DNA of 64,000 nt, from positions 1 to 64,000 of the forward strand of contig CAVUPH010000042.1 of assembly GCA_963743305.1 (NCBI GenBank). Reading direction: 5' to 3'. The notes beneath the pieces were generated by a model. The model saw only the letters and a list, made by a program, of their open reading frames with translations. It was not told the origin of the DNA and did no database searches. The position numbers and the translations under genes were made by a program. Positions 1-10,613 of the stretch are shown here, piece after piece (position 1 is the stretch's first letter; each line of letters starts with the position of its first letter). This DNA comes from an uncultured delta proteobacterium (GTDB taxonomy: Bacteria; Desulfobacterota; RBG-13-43-22).

Positions 1-452
1 GATTCTGGAGCGGGGATTTGACCGCCAGCGGAAATATGAGCACCCTGCTTCGCTGGCCCAGCCGGTTCGGGCCGTAGGGCCATCTTTGACGCTGCCGTTG
101 TTCCAGGGCGGACAGCTTAGCGCCAACCTTGGCCAGCCAGGCACCTCCTACGAGGAAACCGTCGCCCGTTATCGCCAGACCGTGTTGACCGCTTTTGCGG
201 ATGTCGAAAACAACCTGGCAGCCGAGCATCTCCTGGCCCGCCAAATGAGGAGGTAATGGCTTCATGAGAGTCCGCGCGCGGCAACTGGAGATCGCCGACA
301 ATCGGTACGGCGCTGGCCTGGTGACTTACCTGGAAGTGGCGACGGCCGGAACACCACGCTCGGAATCGACGCTCCGGCATGCGCCTCCGCCGGCAGCAAC
401 TGGCGGCGGCGGTCGCTTTAATCAAAGCACACTGGAGGCGGCTGGCAGGTGA
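1..452 (+). CDS. 3' part of an RND outer-membrane efflux protein (NodT/OprM type); partial and frameshifted
   Basis: Pieced frames give LTLPLFQGG...YEETVARYRQTVL(T)AFADVENNLAA...ADNRYGAGLVTYLEVATA, a typical OEP C-terminal repeat. Confidence 0.7.
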
Positions 453-504
453 CGGATACCGGTGGTAGAGAACCTGAGCCTTAATAAGAAGTTGTAAAAT
501 TAAC

Positions 505-546
505 TTGACAAGGATTTAATTAGCAGTTATTTTATATAACTATATA
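505..546 (+). promoter_or_regulatory. sigma70-like promoter with overlapping AT-rich operator candidate upstream of the czc unit
   Basis: TTGACA (505-510), 17 nt spacer, TATTTT (528-533), then TATATAACTATATA (533-546). Confidence 0.5.
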
Positions 547-584
547 GGAATTAACGAGCCGATAGCCGATTGGAATTTTAATCT

Positions 585-1056
585 GTGAAAAGTCAAGTTT
601 TAAGAAAGCTTATTTCGACCGTTTTATTGAGCGTTTTTCTGGTGTTGCCCGTTGCTGACGGGCTGGCCCATGGGGACTGCGGAATCGAAGGTCTCCCTTT
701 TTTGCCAGGAGCCCGGAGGGAACTTTTTTTCGTATCTTATCGATTTCAACCAAACCTATTTATAATGATTGTTGCCCATTGGAAAAAAATGGAGCACGCC
801 ACCCATGCGCGTGTCTGTTTATTACATGCCCATGCCCTTGTGAATCATGGTGGCCCGCAAGTTAACCTTTCTTCAACCTCCTTTGAAAATCCTATCATCT
901 CTTCGCTACCGGTTTGAACCCGTTTTTATCATCTACGAACCTCCTAAGGTTGTAGTCTTTTCCTCGAAAAACACCTCTCAGAACTGGTTAAAAATTAATA
1001 GAGGGATTCCGTCCTCCCCGGCAAGAAATTATTCCCTGAATCAAGTTCAGGACTAA
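585..1056 (+). CDS. Small exported His/Cys-containing protein upstream of czcC (CzcI/DUF2946-like); frameshifted
   Basis: Signal-like N-terminus; His/Cys patch (DCCP, HPCAC, HAHA across frames); EPVFIIYEPPK motif in the downstream frame; 3' end uncertain. Confidence 0.4.
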
Positions 1057-1130
1057 TGCGCAATTTCCTGGAGAGAAGGGGCGTGCTTCCCTTTATCGCG
1101 CTCTATCTATTTTATGCAGGAGGAAGGATC

Positions 1131-2341
1131 ATGCTTTATCTGATCACGGCGTTTGTCTTACTCCTTTCCGGCCCTGTCTTCGCTTTCACGATGGAAGAGG
1201 CGGTGGCGACCGGGCTGAAGAACAACCCGGAGATGCAGGCCTTCAGGTTCGAGGAGGAGGCGGCCAAGGGGGAGATGCAGAAGGCGAAGCTGCCCCCGTT
1301 CTCGAACCCCGTCGTTGAAGGCGGCCTGTCGCGAAGGCCGGCCGCCGGGTGAACCCGGAGGCACATTCAGGAACAACCAGATCAGCCTATCCCAACGCGT
1401 CGAGGTGGCGGGTCAACGAGGCTTGCGTATCGATGCGGCCACGAGCAACCTGGAGCGGACGCGGCTCGAGATTCGCGGACCTCGAGCCGGACTGAGGGCC
1501 GACATCAGGGACCTCTTTGCGCAGGCGCTCTTTCTGCGCGAGAGGGAGAGGCTCGCCAGGGAGTACATCCAACTCCAGGAGGAGCTTTCCGATCTCGTCT
1601 CGGTGAAGTATGAGGCGGGGGACGTCGCCGCACTCGAGGTAAACCTGAGCCAGGTCGAGCTGGCCCGGGCCAGGAGGGACCGGATGGCCGCTTCGACGGA
1701 CTACAGAAAAGCTCTTCTTTCGCTCGTGACGCTTTTCGGCCTGGCCTCTGGTGCCGCTCTGACCGTCGAGGGCGAGCTGGTGGCAGGACTTCCTCCGTTG
1801 CCGGAAAGGGAGACGCTCCTGGCCCGAGTACCCGCGCGACCCGACGTAAGGCGGCCGAGGCCGAGACAAGGAGGTCAGCGGCGGCGCAAGACTTGTCAGG
1901 AGGGAGGTGATCCCGAACGTGACTGGAGTGTCTTTCAAGGAAGGGAGGAGCAGCGGGACGAGACGGGGTGCGCTCTGGTTTAGATCCCTCTCTTTGACCG
2001 GAAACAGGGCGAGCGTATGGAGGCCAAGGCGAAGGCTTTCCCAGGCGCGCATCCGGAGGCCGGTGTGACTAGGACCGCCCAGAGGGAGATTGAGGGGTCG
2101 ATGCGGCAGCCGCTTCATCCTTCAGGGAACTCGATCTTTTGAGAGAGGCAATCTTAGGCGCACCACGGAAAACCTCGATCTCCTCCAACTCGCTTTCCGG
2201 GAAGGCAAGATAAGCTTCTACGACGTCCGCATCGCCCAGCGGGAGACCATCGAGACGCGCAACTCGTACTTGCATGCGCTGCTTGCCGCGCAACGCGCGT
2301 ATAATGCCCTTGAAAGGGCGATCGGAGGTGAACTGAGATGA
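1131..2341 (+). CDS. czcC: CzcC/TolC-family outer-membrane factor; several frameshifts
   Basis: Signal peptide, FTMEEAVATGLKNNPE, SNPVVEG, ISLSQRVEVAGQRGLR, YEAGDVAALEVNL, AFREGKISFYDV across consecutive ORFs. Confidence 0.85.
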
Positions 2342-3574
2342 AGGGCTACGGGCTTAGAGGATGAATATCGTGCGATGTTCTGCGTCGTGCTCTTGCCGGC
2401 GCTGTGCTCGCGGGCGGATGTTCGAAGAAGGAGAAACGGAGGAACGGGGGTTGCCGGGCGCGCGGAAGGCGGAGCCCGAAAAGAAGGAGGCGCCACCGGA
2501 AGGCCGAGTCAAGCCACACCGGAGGGCGTAAAGGCTGCCGGCATAGAGGTGCAGACCGTCGTCGCCACGACACCTTCGGTGCTGATTTCGGCAACGGCGG
2601 TGCTGGAGATGAACGGGGACTGGGGTCTCCCGGGTCAATCCGCGGGTGACGGGACGGCTGTCAAGGTCAATGCTTCGCTCGGGGATAGGGTGGGTTTCGG
2701 CCAGACGCTCGCCCAGATCGATTCCGTGGAAGTGGACCAGGCGTGGTCCGACTACCTGAAGGCGAGGGCCAGGCTCGATCTCGCGCCGCGGAGAGCGTCA
2801 GGCGTGAAGAGACCCTCTTTCAGAAGAAGGTGTCGCCCGAGAAGGATCTGCTTAAGGCGCGCCAGGAGCTCGGGGAGGCCGAGGCCGACATGCTGCTCGC
2901 CAGCGAGAAGTTCCGGCTGCTGGGTGTCGACGTGGGCCAGGTCGAATCAAATACGAACGGAACGAAGCACAACCATCCGCTCATCCCCGTCCAGGCCCCC
3001 CTGTCAGGGGTTGTTGTCGGAAAGACTCGTGACCCAGGGGGAGATGGTCGGCCCGGAGAAGACACTCTTCACGGTTGCCGATCTCTCGACGCTCTGGCTC
3101 ATGATCGATATCTACGAGCGGGACATCGGCAGGGTCAAAACCGGCATGCAGACAAAACTTCGATTGCCACCTATCCGGGAAAGGAATTCAGGGGACGCAT
3201 CTCGTACGTCGGCGACGTTATGTATGAGAAGTCACGGACGGTGAAGGCGCGGGTGACTATCGACAACAGGGACGGTCTGCTGAAGCCGGGAATGTTTGCA
3301 GCGGCTTCGATAGACTCCTGTCAAGAGCCCAGGCCGAGAAAAAGTGATCGCCGTCCCCGAAGAGGCAGTCTTTCTCGACGGTTCGGATAGGTACGTCTTT
3401 ATCCGCGAAGGGGATGGCAGGTTCGTTGCGAGAGAGTCTCCGTCGGCCCTGCATCGGGCGGCAAGATCGAAATCAAGGAGGGGCTTAAAGGAGGGAGACG
3501 CGGTGGTCACCAAGGGGGTCTTTACGCTCAAATCGGAACTCAAGAAAGAAACCCTCCACGCTGACGAGCACTGA
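2338..3574 (+). CDS. czcB: CzcB-type RND membrane fusion protein; frameshifted
   Basis: LFTVADLSTLW, RTVKARVTIDNRDGLLKPGMF, GLKEGDAVVTKGVFTLKSEL; lies between czcC and czcA. Confidence 0.85.
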
Positions 3575-3585
3575 GGAGCAGAGCC

Positions 3586-6500
3586 ATGTTGGAAAAAATC
3601 ATCGCCTTGGTGCTCAGACAGAAAGGGACGGTCCTGGTTTTCTCGTTGCTCCTCGTGGCCTTTGGAGTCTATTCCTATATCAAGCTTCCCATCGACGCCT
3701 TCCCCGATGTCACCAACATCCAGGTGGAAGTCGTCAGCCACGCCAACGGACTTTCCGCACTGGAGATCGAGCGTTCGGTGACCTATCCCATCGAAATGTC
3801 CATGCGCGGGCTTCCGAAGAGTCAAACAGATGCGCTCTGTCACCAAGTTCGGCCTTTCCCTGGTGACCATTGTCTTTGAAGACAGTGTCGATATTTACTT
3901 TGCCCGACAGCTTGTCTTTGAGAGACTGGCCGAAGCGAGGGAGAATGTCCCCAAAGGCGTCGAAGTCGCCATGGGACCCATTGCGACCGCCATGGGGGAG
4001 ATATACCAGTTCACGCTCGACGGCAAGATGCCCGATGATCCCCAGAAGAAAATCGAGTATTTGACGAACTTGAGAACGATTCAGGAATGGATCATCAACC
4101 CGCTGCTGAAAAGCGTTCCGGGAGTGAACGAAATAAATTCCTTCGGCGGGTATTTCAAGCAGTATCAGGTGATCGTTTCTCCCGACAGGCTCTTGAAACA
4201 TAACCTTTCCGTCGACCAGGTATACACGGCGATCGAAAAGAATAATCAGAATGCCGGCGGGAATGTGACTCGAAAAATACTCCGATCAGTATATCGTCCG
4301 GGGCGTCGGACTCATCAAGAATACGGCCGACATGGAGAACATCGTTCTCAAATCCTCCGGCGGCACGCCGACTTATCTGAAAGACGTTGCCGAAATACGG
4401 ATCGGGGAAGCCGTCCGGCAAGGCGCCGCCATGATCAACGGCAAGGACGAGGCGGTCGGCGGCATTGTCATGATGCTTCGGGGAGAGAACAGCCGCGAAG
4501 TGGTCGAACGGGTCAAGGAGAAGGTCAAAGAAATAAACGAGAACAACATTCTCGCCAAAGGGAATCAAGATACTACCCTATTACGATCGGTCCGATATCG
4601 TGAATGCCAGTGTCGCCACAGTCACCAAGGCGCTGGCTCGAAGGCGCCTTTCTCGTATTGATCGTTCTTTATCTTCTGCTGAGAAGCTTCAGGGCCTCCT
4701 TCGTCGTATTGATTGCCCTTCCGCTTTCTTTGCTGTCCACCTTCATCGTCATGAAGATAGTTGGATTAAGCGCCAATCTGATGTCTCTCGGCGGATTGGC
4801 GATTTCGATCGGCATGATCATAGACGCGACCATCATTCAGGTGGAAAACGTCCAGAGGCATCTCAGCGAAGACGCGGCATCGGAGCGCAAAAGCTACTAC
4901 CGTGCTCAAGGCGGTCCTCGAGGTAAGAAAGCCGAGCATCCTCGGCGAGTTGATCATCGCCATCACCTTTATTCCCATTCTGGCCCTGGAAGGGATTGAA
5001 GGGAAGATGTTCGGGCCCCTGGCCATGACGGTCGCCATCGCCCTTCTCTCGTCCCTGGTTCTTTCGATCTTCGTCATTCCGGTCTTGTGCGCCCTGATCC
5101 TGAAGCCGCAACCGGAAAAAGAGAGCGTCATCATGAGGCCTGTAAAGAAACTCTATCTGCCGGTGCTCAAGTACACCATGAAGAAGAGAAAACCGGTCTT
5201 GGCCACGGCCGGTGTCTTTCTTATCCTGTCCCTGGTCATTATTCCACGGCTGGGAACGGAATTCATACCGATCATGGATGAAGGGGCTTTTGATATGGAT
5301 GTATCTCTTCTGCCCGGCGTTTCACTGGATAAAGCCATGGAGATAAACAAACTCATAGGTGAAAAGCTAAAAACGTTCCCGGAATTGCAAACGGTGGTTT
5401 CCCGAACGGGACAAACCGGGGTGGCCCTGGACACGCGGGGTGTGGATAAGACCGGCTACGTCGGGGTGTTGAAGCCGAGAAAGGAATGGAAAAGCGATCT
5501 GAACCGGGAGGAATTGACCGGCAAGATGAGAGAGGCCTATAGAGGCCATACCGGGAATAGGATTTGGTTTCAGCCAGCCCATCCAATGCAGAATCGATGA
5601 ACTGGTGGCCGGAACGCGGGCCCAGCTTATTCTGAGACTTTTTGGCGAGGACATGGAGATATTGAAGATCGAAGGCGGACGAAATAGCGCGGGTCCTCTC
5701 CAAAATCGAAGGCGCAACCGATTTGCTTACGGAAAAGGTGACCGGGCAGTCGTATCTCACCATCGAGATAGACCGACCGAAAATCGCCCGCTACGGATTG
5801 AATATCAGCGATATCCAAAACCTGGTTGAAATCGCTATTGCCGGCAAATCGGCATCCAGGTTCTATGAGGAGAACAGGAGCTTCGATATTACCGTCCGCC
5901 TGCCGGAGGAAAACAGGAACTCGGTGGAGACCATCGGCAATATTCTGGTGCCGACGGCGGGCGGTTCGAATGTTCCCCTCAGTCAGCTGGCGAAGATCTC
6001 TCTCTCGGAAGGACCGGCACAGATAAGCAGGGAGGACGGCCTACGGAGAATCGGCATCGAGATGAACATAGACGGAAGAGACATCGGGGGTTTTGTCGCA
6101 GGAAGCAAAACAAAAGATAGCGGAAAAGGTGAAACTGCCTTCCGGATACTACCTCACCTGGGGAGGACAGTTTGAAAACCAGCAGCGGGCCATGGCCAAG
6201 ATGATGATCATCGGACCGGTGGCAATCGGACTGATTCTGCTTCTCCTCTTTGCCACCTTCCGATCGATAAAACCGGCCCTGCTGGTAATCCTCAATCTGC
6301 CCTTTGCCTTGATCGGCGGCGTGTTCTCGCTGTGGATTTCCGGTCTATACCTGTCGGTTCCGGCTTCGGTCGGGTTTATCGTGCTCTTCGGGGTCGCGGT
6401 GTTGAACGGGGTGGTTCTGGTGTCCCGCATCTCCCAATTGCGCGAGGAAGAGGGGTTGGAGTTGACGGAGGCGATTCTCAAAGGCAGCGCAAGACCGATT

Positions 6501-6702
6501 GCGTCCGGTGCTGATGACGGCCTCTATCGCCATTTTCAGTCTGATCCCCATGCTTTACGCCGGTGGAGCAGGTTCTGAAATCCAGAAACCGCTGGCCACT
6601 GTGGTGGTGGGGGGATTGGTGACCTCCACGCTTCTGACGCTCTTGCTCATCCCTTCCATGTACGGCTGGTTCGAGAAAAAACAACCTGAGGCTGAAATGT
6701 AA
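3586..6702 (+). CDS. czcA: CzcA/CusA heavy-metal efflux RND transporter; frameshifted
   Basis: LPIDAFPDVTNIQV, ANLMSLGGLAISIGMIIDA, EGKMFGPLA, RPVLMTA, SEIQKPLATVVVGGL. Confidence 0.93.
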
Positions 6703-6741
6703 CAGTTCGATGGACCACTGGGCTGGCGCCGGTGTCTTGTT

Positions 6742-6870
6742 TTGGCGGCGGACAAGCCCGGCATTGGGATTTTGTCGCATCTGGCCGGTGTTATTCTGGG
6801 CGGATTGTTGAGTCCCCCCGTGCTCAATAGGATCGTTCTCCCGGCGCTCTTGTTCAATAGGAAAAAGGAG
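6742..6870 (+). pseudogene. Degenerate C-terminal fragment of a second heavy-metal RND transporter
   Basis: KPGIGILSHLAGVILGGLLSPPVLNRIVLPALL resembles the RND end motif G.EI..PLA.VILGGL.SST.LN..V.PAL; no N-terminal part. Confidence 0.5.
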
Positions 6871-6880
6871 GATTCGAAAA

Positions 6881-7475
6881 ATGAAAAAATTATTATGTTA
6901 TTTGCTCCTGTTGGTTTTCGTTAGTGCCGCTTTGGGATGCGGCCTGACGGCCCGAGAGATAAAAATCAAATCACAAAGTGAAAGAACGGATATTTTCAGG
7001 GAGGTGAGCGAGGAAGGCCCTGCGCCTAAAGGTTTAGTCGATTTGATCATCAAGGCCTCCGTTAAAACCCATGTGGAAGGGTATTACTTCTTCGAACCGG
7101 AAAAAACCTTCCATGGCCAACCGGACTATCCGTTCTTAGTCAATATAGACGGCCAAGCGGTTATTTGGAGAGCAGAGCGGAGGAAAGAGACCACCCCGGT
7201 GTATGACGACCAAGGGAGGAGGGATCTCGAAGGGGGAGAGGGCATGTCGCTATATCCTGAATAAAAGGCTCAGGCTTTCTCCCGGGCCGCACCATGTAAT
7301 TTTTGGTCTCCCCGGAGAAGAGTTTTTGAGGGAAGTTAACCTGACCCTAATCGGAGATGAGGTGCAGGTAATAGAATTTAAACCGGTCTACCGAGCCAAG
7401 AGAGGGGATGCTGGACGCAGTTTTCTAAACGGGGTCAATGGAGGAAAGATTTTTTTTAACGGGAATCTTTTGTAA
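6881..7475 (+). CDS. Hypothetical lipoprotein; one frameshift near 7250
   Basis: SD AAGGAGG, lipobox-like AALGC; ORFs 6881-7264 and 7203-7475 join. Confidence 0.65.
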
Positions 7476-7711
7476 TCGAGTATTTATATGTCCTGGTGGA
7501 GCTAAATCTATGGTGAGGTCGCTTAGCCTTTCTCTCGCCAGGAGGGAAGTTGTTGTCTCGATCCTGGGCCAAAAATGCGGTCTGCTCGGGATCTTTTATG
7601 CCGAAATCATTGGCGGTATCGCCCTATTTTTGCCACCCGCCGTTTTCCCCTTTGGTGGATATCTCCACGACTATGGGGTCTTCATTGAGGTGCTCGATAT
7701 TATTGTGGCCG

Positions 7712-7906
7712 TATAGGGAGTGCCGATCTCCTGCTCCGGCAGGTGACAGGGGGGATAATGGACCAGGTGGCCCGGCACGGGACGGAAGTCCGTGGCGAGA
7801 GCACCCTGGAGTTTAAGGTGACCCAGGTATTCCCCCAGATCATAGGTGTGCTCGGCGACCTGGATTCTTTTTCAGCGGTTTTTTCAGGGTCGATCTTTTC
7901 CACCAA
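7712..7906 (-). pseudogene. Fragment of a CCG-domain Fe-S oxidoreductase (GlpC/HdrB-like)
   Basis: Shifted frame reads IQVAEHTYDLGEYLGHLKLQGALATDFRPVPGHLVHYPPCHLPEQEIGTPY, then similarity ends abruptly. Confidence 0.5.
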
Positions 7907-7910
7907 ACCT

Positions 7911-8222
7911 TCACCCTTTCAAGTTGTTTGCCGCTTGATCTTTGAGGTAGGTCCGGTACTCCCGCAAGAGGGCATAGGCGTATTCGCGGCGGACCCGGTC
8001 CGACGAAGGGATATAGTTCTTTTGGGCTTCCAAGCGGTCGAGTATCTCTTCGGCCGTCGCCTCATTTGCCGGCCGACCTTGCGCGTAAAGGTCGGCCATG
8101 ATCTCGACCAACCCATTAACCCGGACCTGGGTATCATCGGGAAATTTCAATATTCGCTGACTAACTGTCGGCTTTTCGGGCTCGCCTCAGGTGACTCAAC
8201 CGATCACTTCAATCGGGACCAT
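7911..8222 (-). CDS. Putative selenoprotein with N-terminal UxxU motif, 103 aa (MVPIEVIG-U-VT-U-GEPEKPTVSQRILKFPDDTQVRVNGLVEI...LLREY...)
   Basis: SD AGGAGA 6 nt before ATG at 8222; in-frame TGA at 8196-8198 and 8187-8189; frame continuous with ORF 7911-8150; SECIS-like hairpin 8156-8172. Confidence 0.75.
8156..8172 (-). promoter_or_regulatory. Candidate bacterial SECIS element for the UxxU gene
   Basis: GC-C-GAC [AGUUA] GUC-A-GC; loop starts 20 nt after the 2nd UGA and 29 nt after the 1st; G at loop position 2; stem is short. Confidence 0.5.
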
Positions 8223-8295
8223 ATTCCATCTCCTGTATTGTTTCTTTTTCGACCCAGGCCGGTTGGGAGGGTTTGCTCCTTCCCGGAAAAGCGAA

Positions 8296-8703
8296 CTAAT
8301 GAATCCAGATAATCTTGACCTCTTTTTCCACTTGTTTGAATTCCATATCCCCGGTAACCAACTCTGCCTTATAGTGTTTTGCTGTGGCCGCGGCATAACA
8401 ATCGGCATAGGACATCTTTTTACAGGATTTGAATTCGGCGGCCTGCCGGGTCAGGTCCAAATCCGCCTGAACAATTTGGATCGGCAGGGTTGAAATCAGA
8501 TGAGTTACCTCATCTAACCGTTTTCGCCCTGCCTCTCGCAGGGTAATATAATAGACCTCTCCCCAATTCACGGTGGAAAGGAAAAGATTTGCTTTGGAAT
8601 CTCGGGCATCTTGTATCATTTCAATCACTTTTTCCTTGCCCTGCTCCCCTTCCAGATAAGCAATAAGACTATAAGAGTCTAAGACTCTACTGATCAAACT
8701 CAC
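8296..8703 (-). CDS. vapC: PIN-domain toxin (VapC)
   Basis: VLDSYSLIAYL, STVNWGEVYY, MSYADCYAAATA, LVTGDMEF PIN motifs. Confidence 0.9.
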   Translation of the reverse strand: MSLISRVLDSYSLIAYLEGEQGKEKVIEMIQDARDSKANLFLSTVNWGEVYYITLREAGRKRLDEVTHLISTLPIQIVQADLDLTRQAAEFKSCKKMSYADCYAAATAKHYKAELVTGDMEFKQVEKEVKIIWIH

Positions 8704-8930
8704 AGCATCTTCTCCTTATCTTTCTCTTCTTTTAAGGCCTTAAGCAATCTTCCCTGAGTGCCCGTGATGCCGGACATGGCTCGAATATATTCATCGGTAA
8801 TCGGTTTGATAATAAGTTCTCCCTTGCGTTCAAAAAGGGAAAGACGGGTACCCTTCTTAATATTGAATTTTCTCCTATATTTAGCCGGAATCACCACTTG
8901 ACCTTTTGAGGTCACGATTACGTTATCCAT
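8700..8930 (-). CDS. vapB: AbrB/MazE-family antitoxin (VapB)
   Basis: VTSKGQVVIPAKYRRKFNIKKG; 4-nt overlap with the toxin gene. Confidence 0.9.
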   Translation of the reverse strand: MDNVIVTSKGQVVIPAKYRRKFNIKKGTRLSLFERKGELIIKPITDEYIRAMSGITGTQGRLLKALKEEKDKEKML

Positions 8931-8943
8931 AGCCCCCCCCCCC

Positions 8944-8997
8944 TTGATTGACTTACAAAATAAAAAAGTACCCCATTATAAAAAGTAAGTCAATCAA
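8944..8997. promoter_or_regulatory. 13-bp perfect inverted repeat, probable TA autoregulatory operator/promoter
   Basis: TTGATTGACTTAC (8944-8956) ... GTAAGTCAATCAA (8985-8997) directly upstream of vapB. Confidence 0.65.
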
Positions 8998-9142
8998 TTT
9001 TTAACCCCTAAACCTGAGTTCGTTTGGAATTATTTGCCACAGACCCACGCGGACAAAGACGGAAATTTTTTAAGCCGAGTCTCGCGGCACGCGGGACTTA
9101 AACCCGTCATCGCCGGTGCGAAAAAAATCCCAATATTCATTT

Positions 9143-10055
9143 CTAACAAGGCTTTCTGGCCTCAATATAGGCTGAAACGACATAATCAGCCGCATTTTTA
9201 CTTTTTTCCGGCTCCCACTCCCGGATTATTTCCTGGCTTTTGTCGTGAGGGATGACCCTGATTTCCCTGAAACCGGCCTTCCGCAGCATATCTTCGGTAT
9301 CTTGAATCGTGGCTGCACCCCCGATGCAAGCGCTGAGCAGGGCCAGATTGTTTTTGATGTCCTCCGGCAGGGGAGCTGTCGCCACGACGTCGGAGATGGC
9401 CAGCCTCCCTCCCGGCTTCAGTACCCTGAAGGCATCACGATACACCGCTCGTTTTATCCGGCGATAGGTTGATCACGCAATTCGACATGATAATGTCGGC
9501 CGTGTTATCGCCGACCGGCAGGTGTTCGATCTCCCCCAGGCGGAATTCGACGTTCGTGTGCTTGAATTTTTTCGGCATTTTTTCTCGCCTTGCTGATCAT
9601 GTCCGGCGTCATGTCCACACCGATGATGTGTCCCGTTTCCCCTACTTCCTTTGCGGCCAGGAAGCAGTCGAAACCACCGCCGCAGCCCAGATCGACCACC
9701 GTCTCTCCGGGTTTAAGGGAGGCCAGCGCCACCGGGTTCCCGCAACCCAGCATCATGTTCGCCCCGTCGGGAGCGCTGTCTAAATCCTTCTGGGAATAGC
9801 CAAGGTTCCCCATGTAAGCGGCCATTTTTTCAACGGAAAAATCCACCGCGCCGCAGCAGGATGCCTCTTGCCCGGAAGCGGCATCGGTAGCCCCGCAGCA
9901 TGACACCAGAGGGAAGAGCGTTCCTTTGAATATCGCTTGTCGAACAACACGACGCGGCAGATCCAGGTTTCGGGTGTGTCGTTCCCTGCCTTGGCGATGC
10001 TGCCGTAGCGGTCACGTACGGTTGCCCTTATTTTTTCTTTTTCCATCGTTTCCAT
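9143..10055 (-). CDS. arsM: Arsenite S-adenosylmethionine methyltransferase; frameshifted
   Basis: [12 protein letters not shown] repeats, [63 protein letters not shown]. Confidence 0.92.
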
Positions 10056-10069
10056 TGATTAATCTCCTT

Positions 10070-10397
10070 TCAATTAAAAAAATTCTTTAAGGCCGCTACG
10101 GCCTCGGGATCGATAAAATATTCGATTTTTTGCCCGTTCCGCTTCATTCTGATCAAGCCGGCCTGACGCAATTCCTTGATATGATGAGATAATGTGGAAG
10201 GAACGATCCCGAGGTCCTGGCCGAGGTCTCCCACACATGTGCAAACGTCCGGACCGGAATTCGATTTTTCCGGAATGCTCCACACGGTTCCAGGAGAGCA
10301 ACACGAAATTAGTCGCAGGAAAATCCTCAACCGGTTCGGGTTGGAAAGGGCTTTGAACATTCCGGCAAAACGCTCAATATTTTCATATATTCGACAT
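10070..10397 (-). CDS. arsR: ArsR/SmtB-family repressor; probable frameshift just after the start
   Basis: FKALSNPNRLRIF, CC and CTCVG, PSTLSHHIKELRQAGLI; directly upstream of arsM. Confidence 0.88.
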
Positions 10398-10434
10398 ATT
10401 TCGAATAATAATATTTTCTTGAAAATATTTCAAG
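10388..10434. promoter_or_regulatory. Two inverted repeats over the arsR start/promoter (ArsR operator candidates)
   Basis: TATTCGA-N6-TCGAATA (10388-10407); CTTGAAA-ATA-TTTCAAG (10418-10434). Confidence 0.6.
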
Positions 10435-10514
10435 GGAAAAAAGTAAATCGCGATTGGAGCTCTCCGCTGAAGCCTGACCTTGGGCCAGGGGGAATCGATA
10501 TCCCTTACCAAGCC

Positions 10515-10538
10515 GGCGGGCGGGGACGCCCGCCCTAC
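10515..10538 (-). repeat. GTAG-type REP palindrome
   Basis: Minus strand GTAG-GGCGGGCG-TCCC-CGCCCGCC. Confidence 0.6.
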
Positions 10539-10613
10539 GTTTTTCAAGAATTTTTTAGAAATTATTTGCTACAATAACTGGCGCTACCAAATTTTTCGGG
10601 TTGGGAGGAGAAA

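Noticed and set aside
1131-6702. czcCBA as pseudogenes or programmed frameshift genes
   Set aside because: All expected segments are present in order and the breaks look like scattered small indels; sequencing error is more likely, though unproven without reads
10374-10397. In-frame TGAs just after the arsR ATG as possible selenocysteine
   Set aside because: That frame does not continue into the ArsR domain; a frameshift gives ENIERFAGMFKAL, and there is no Cys-like context
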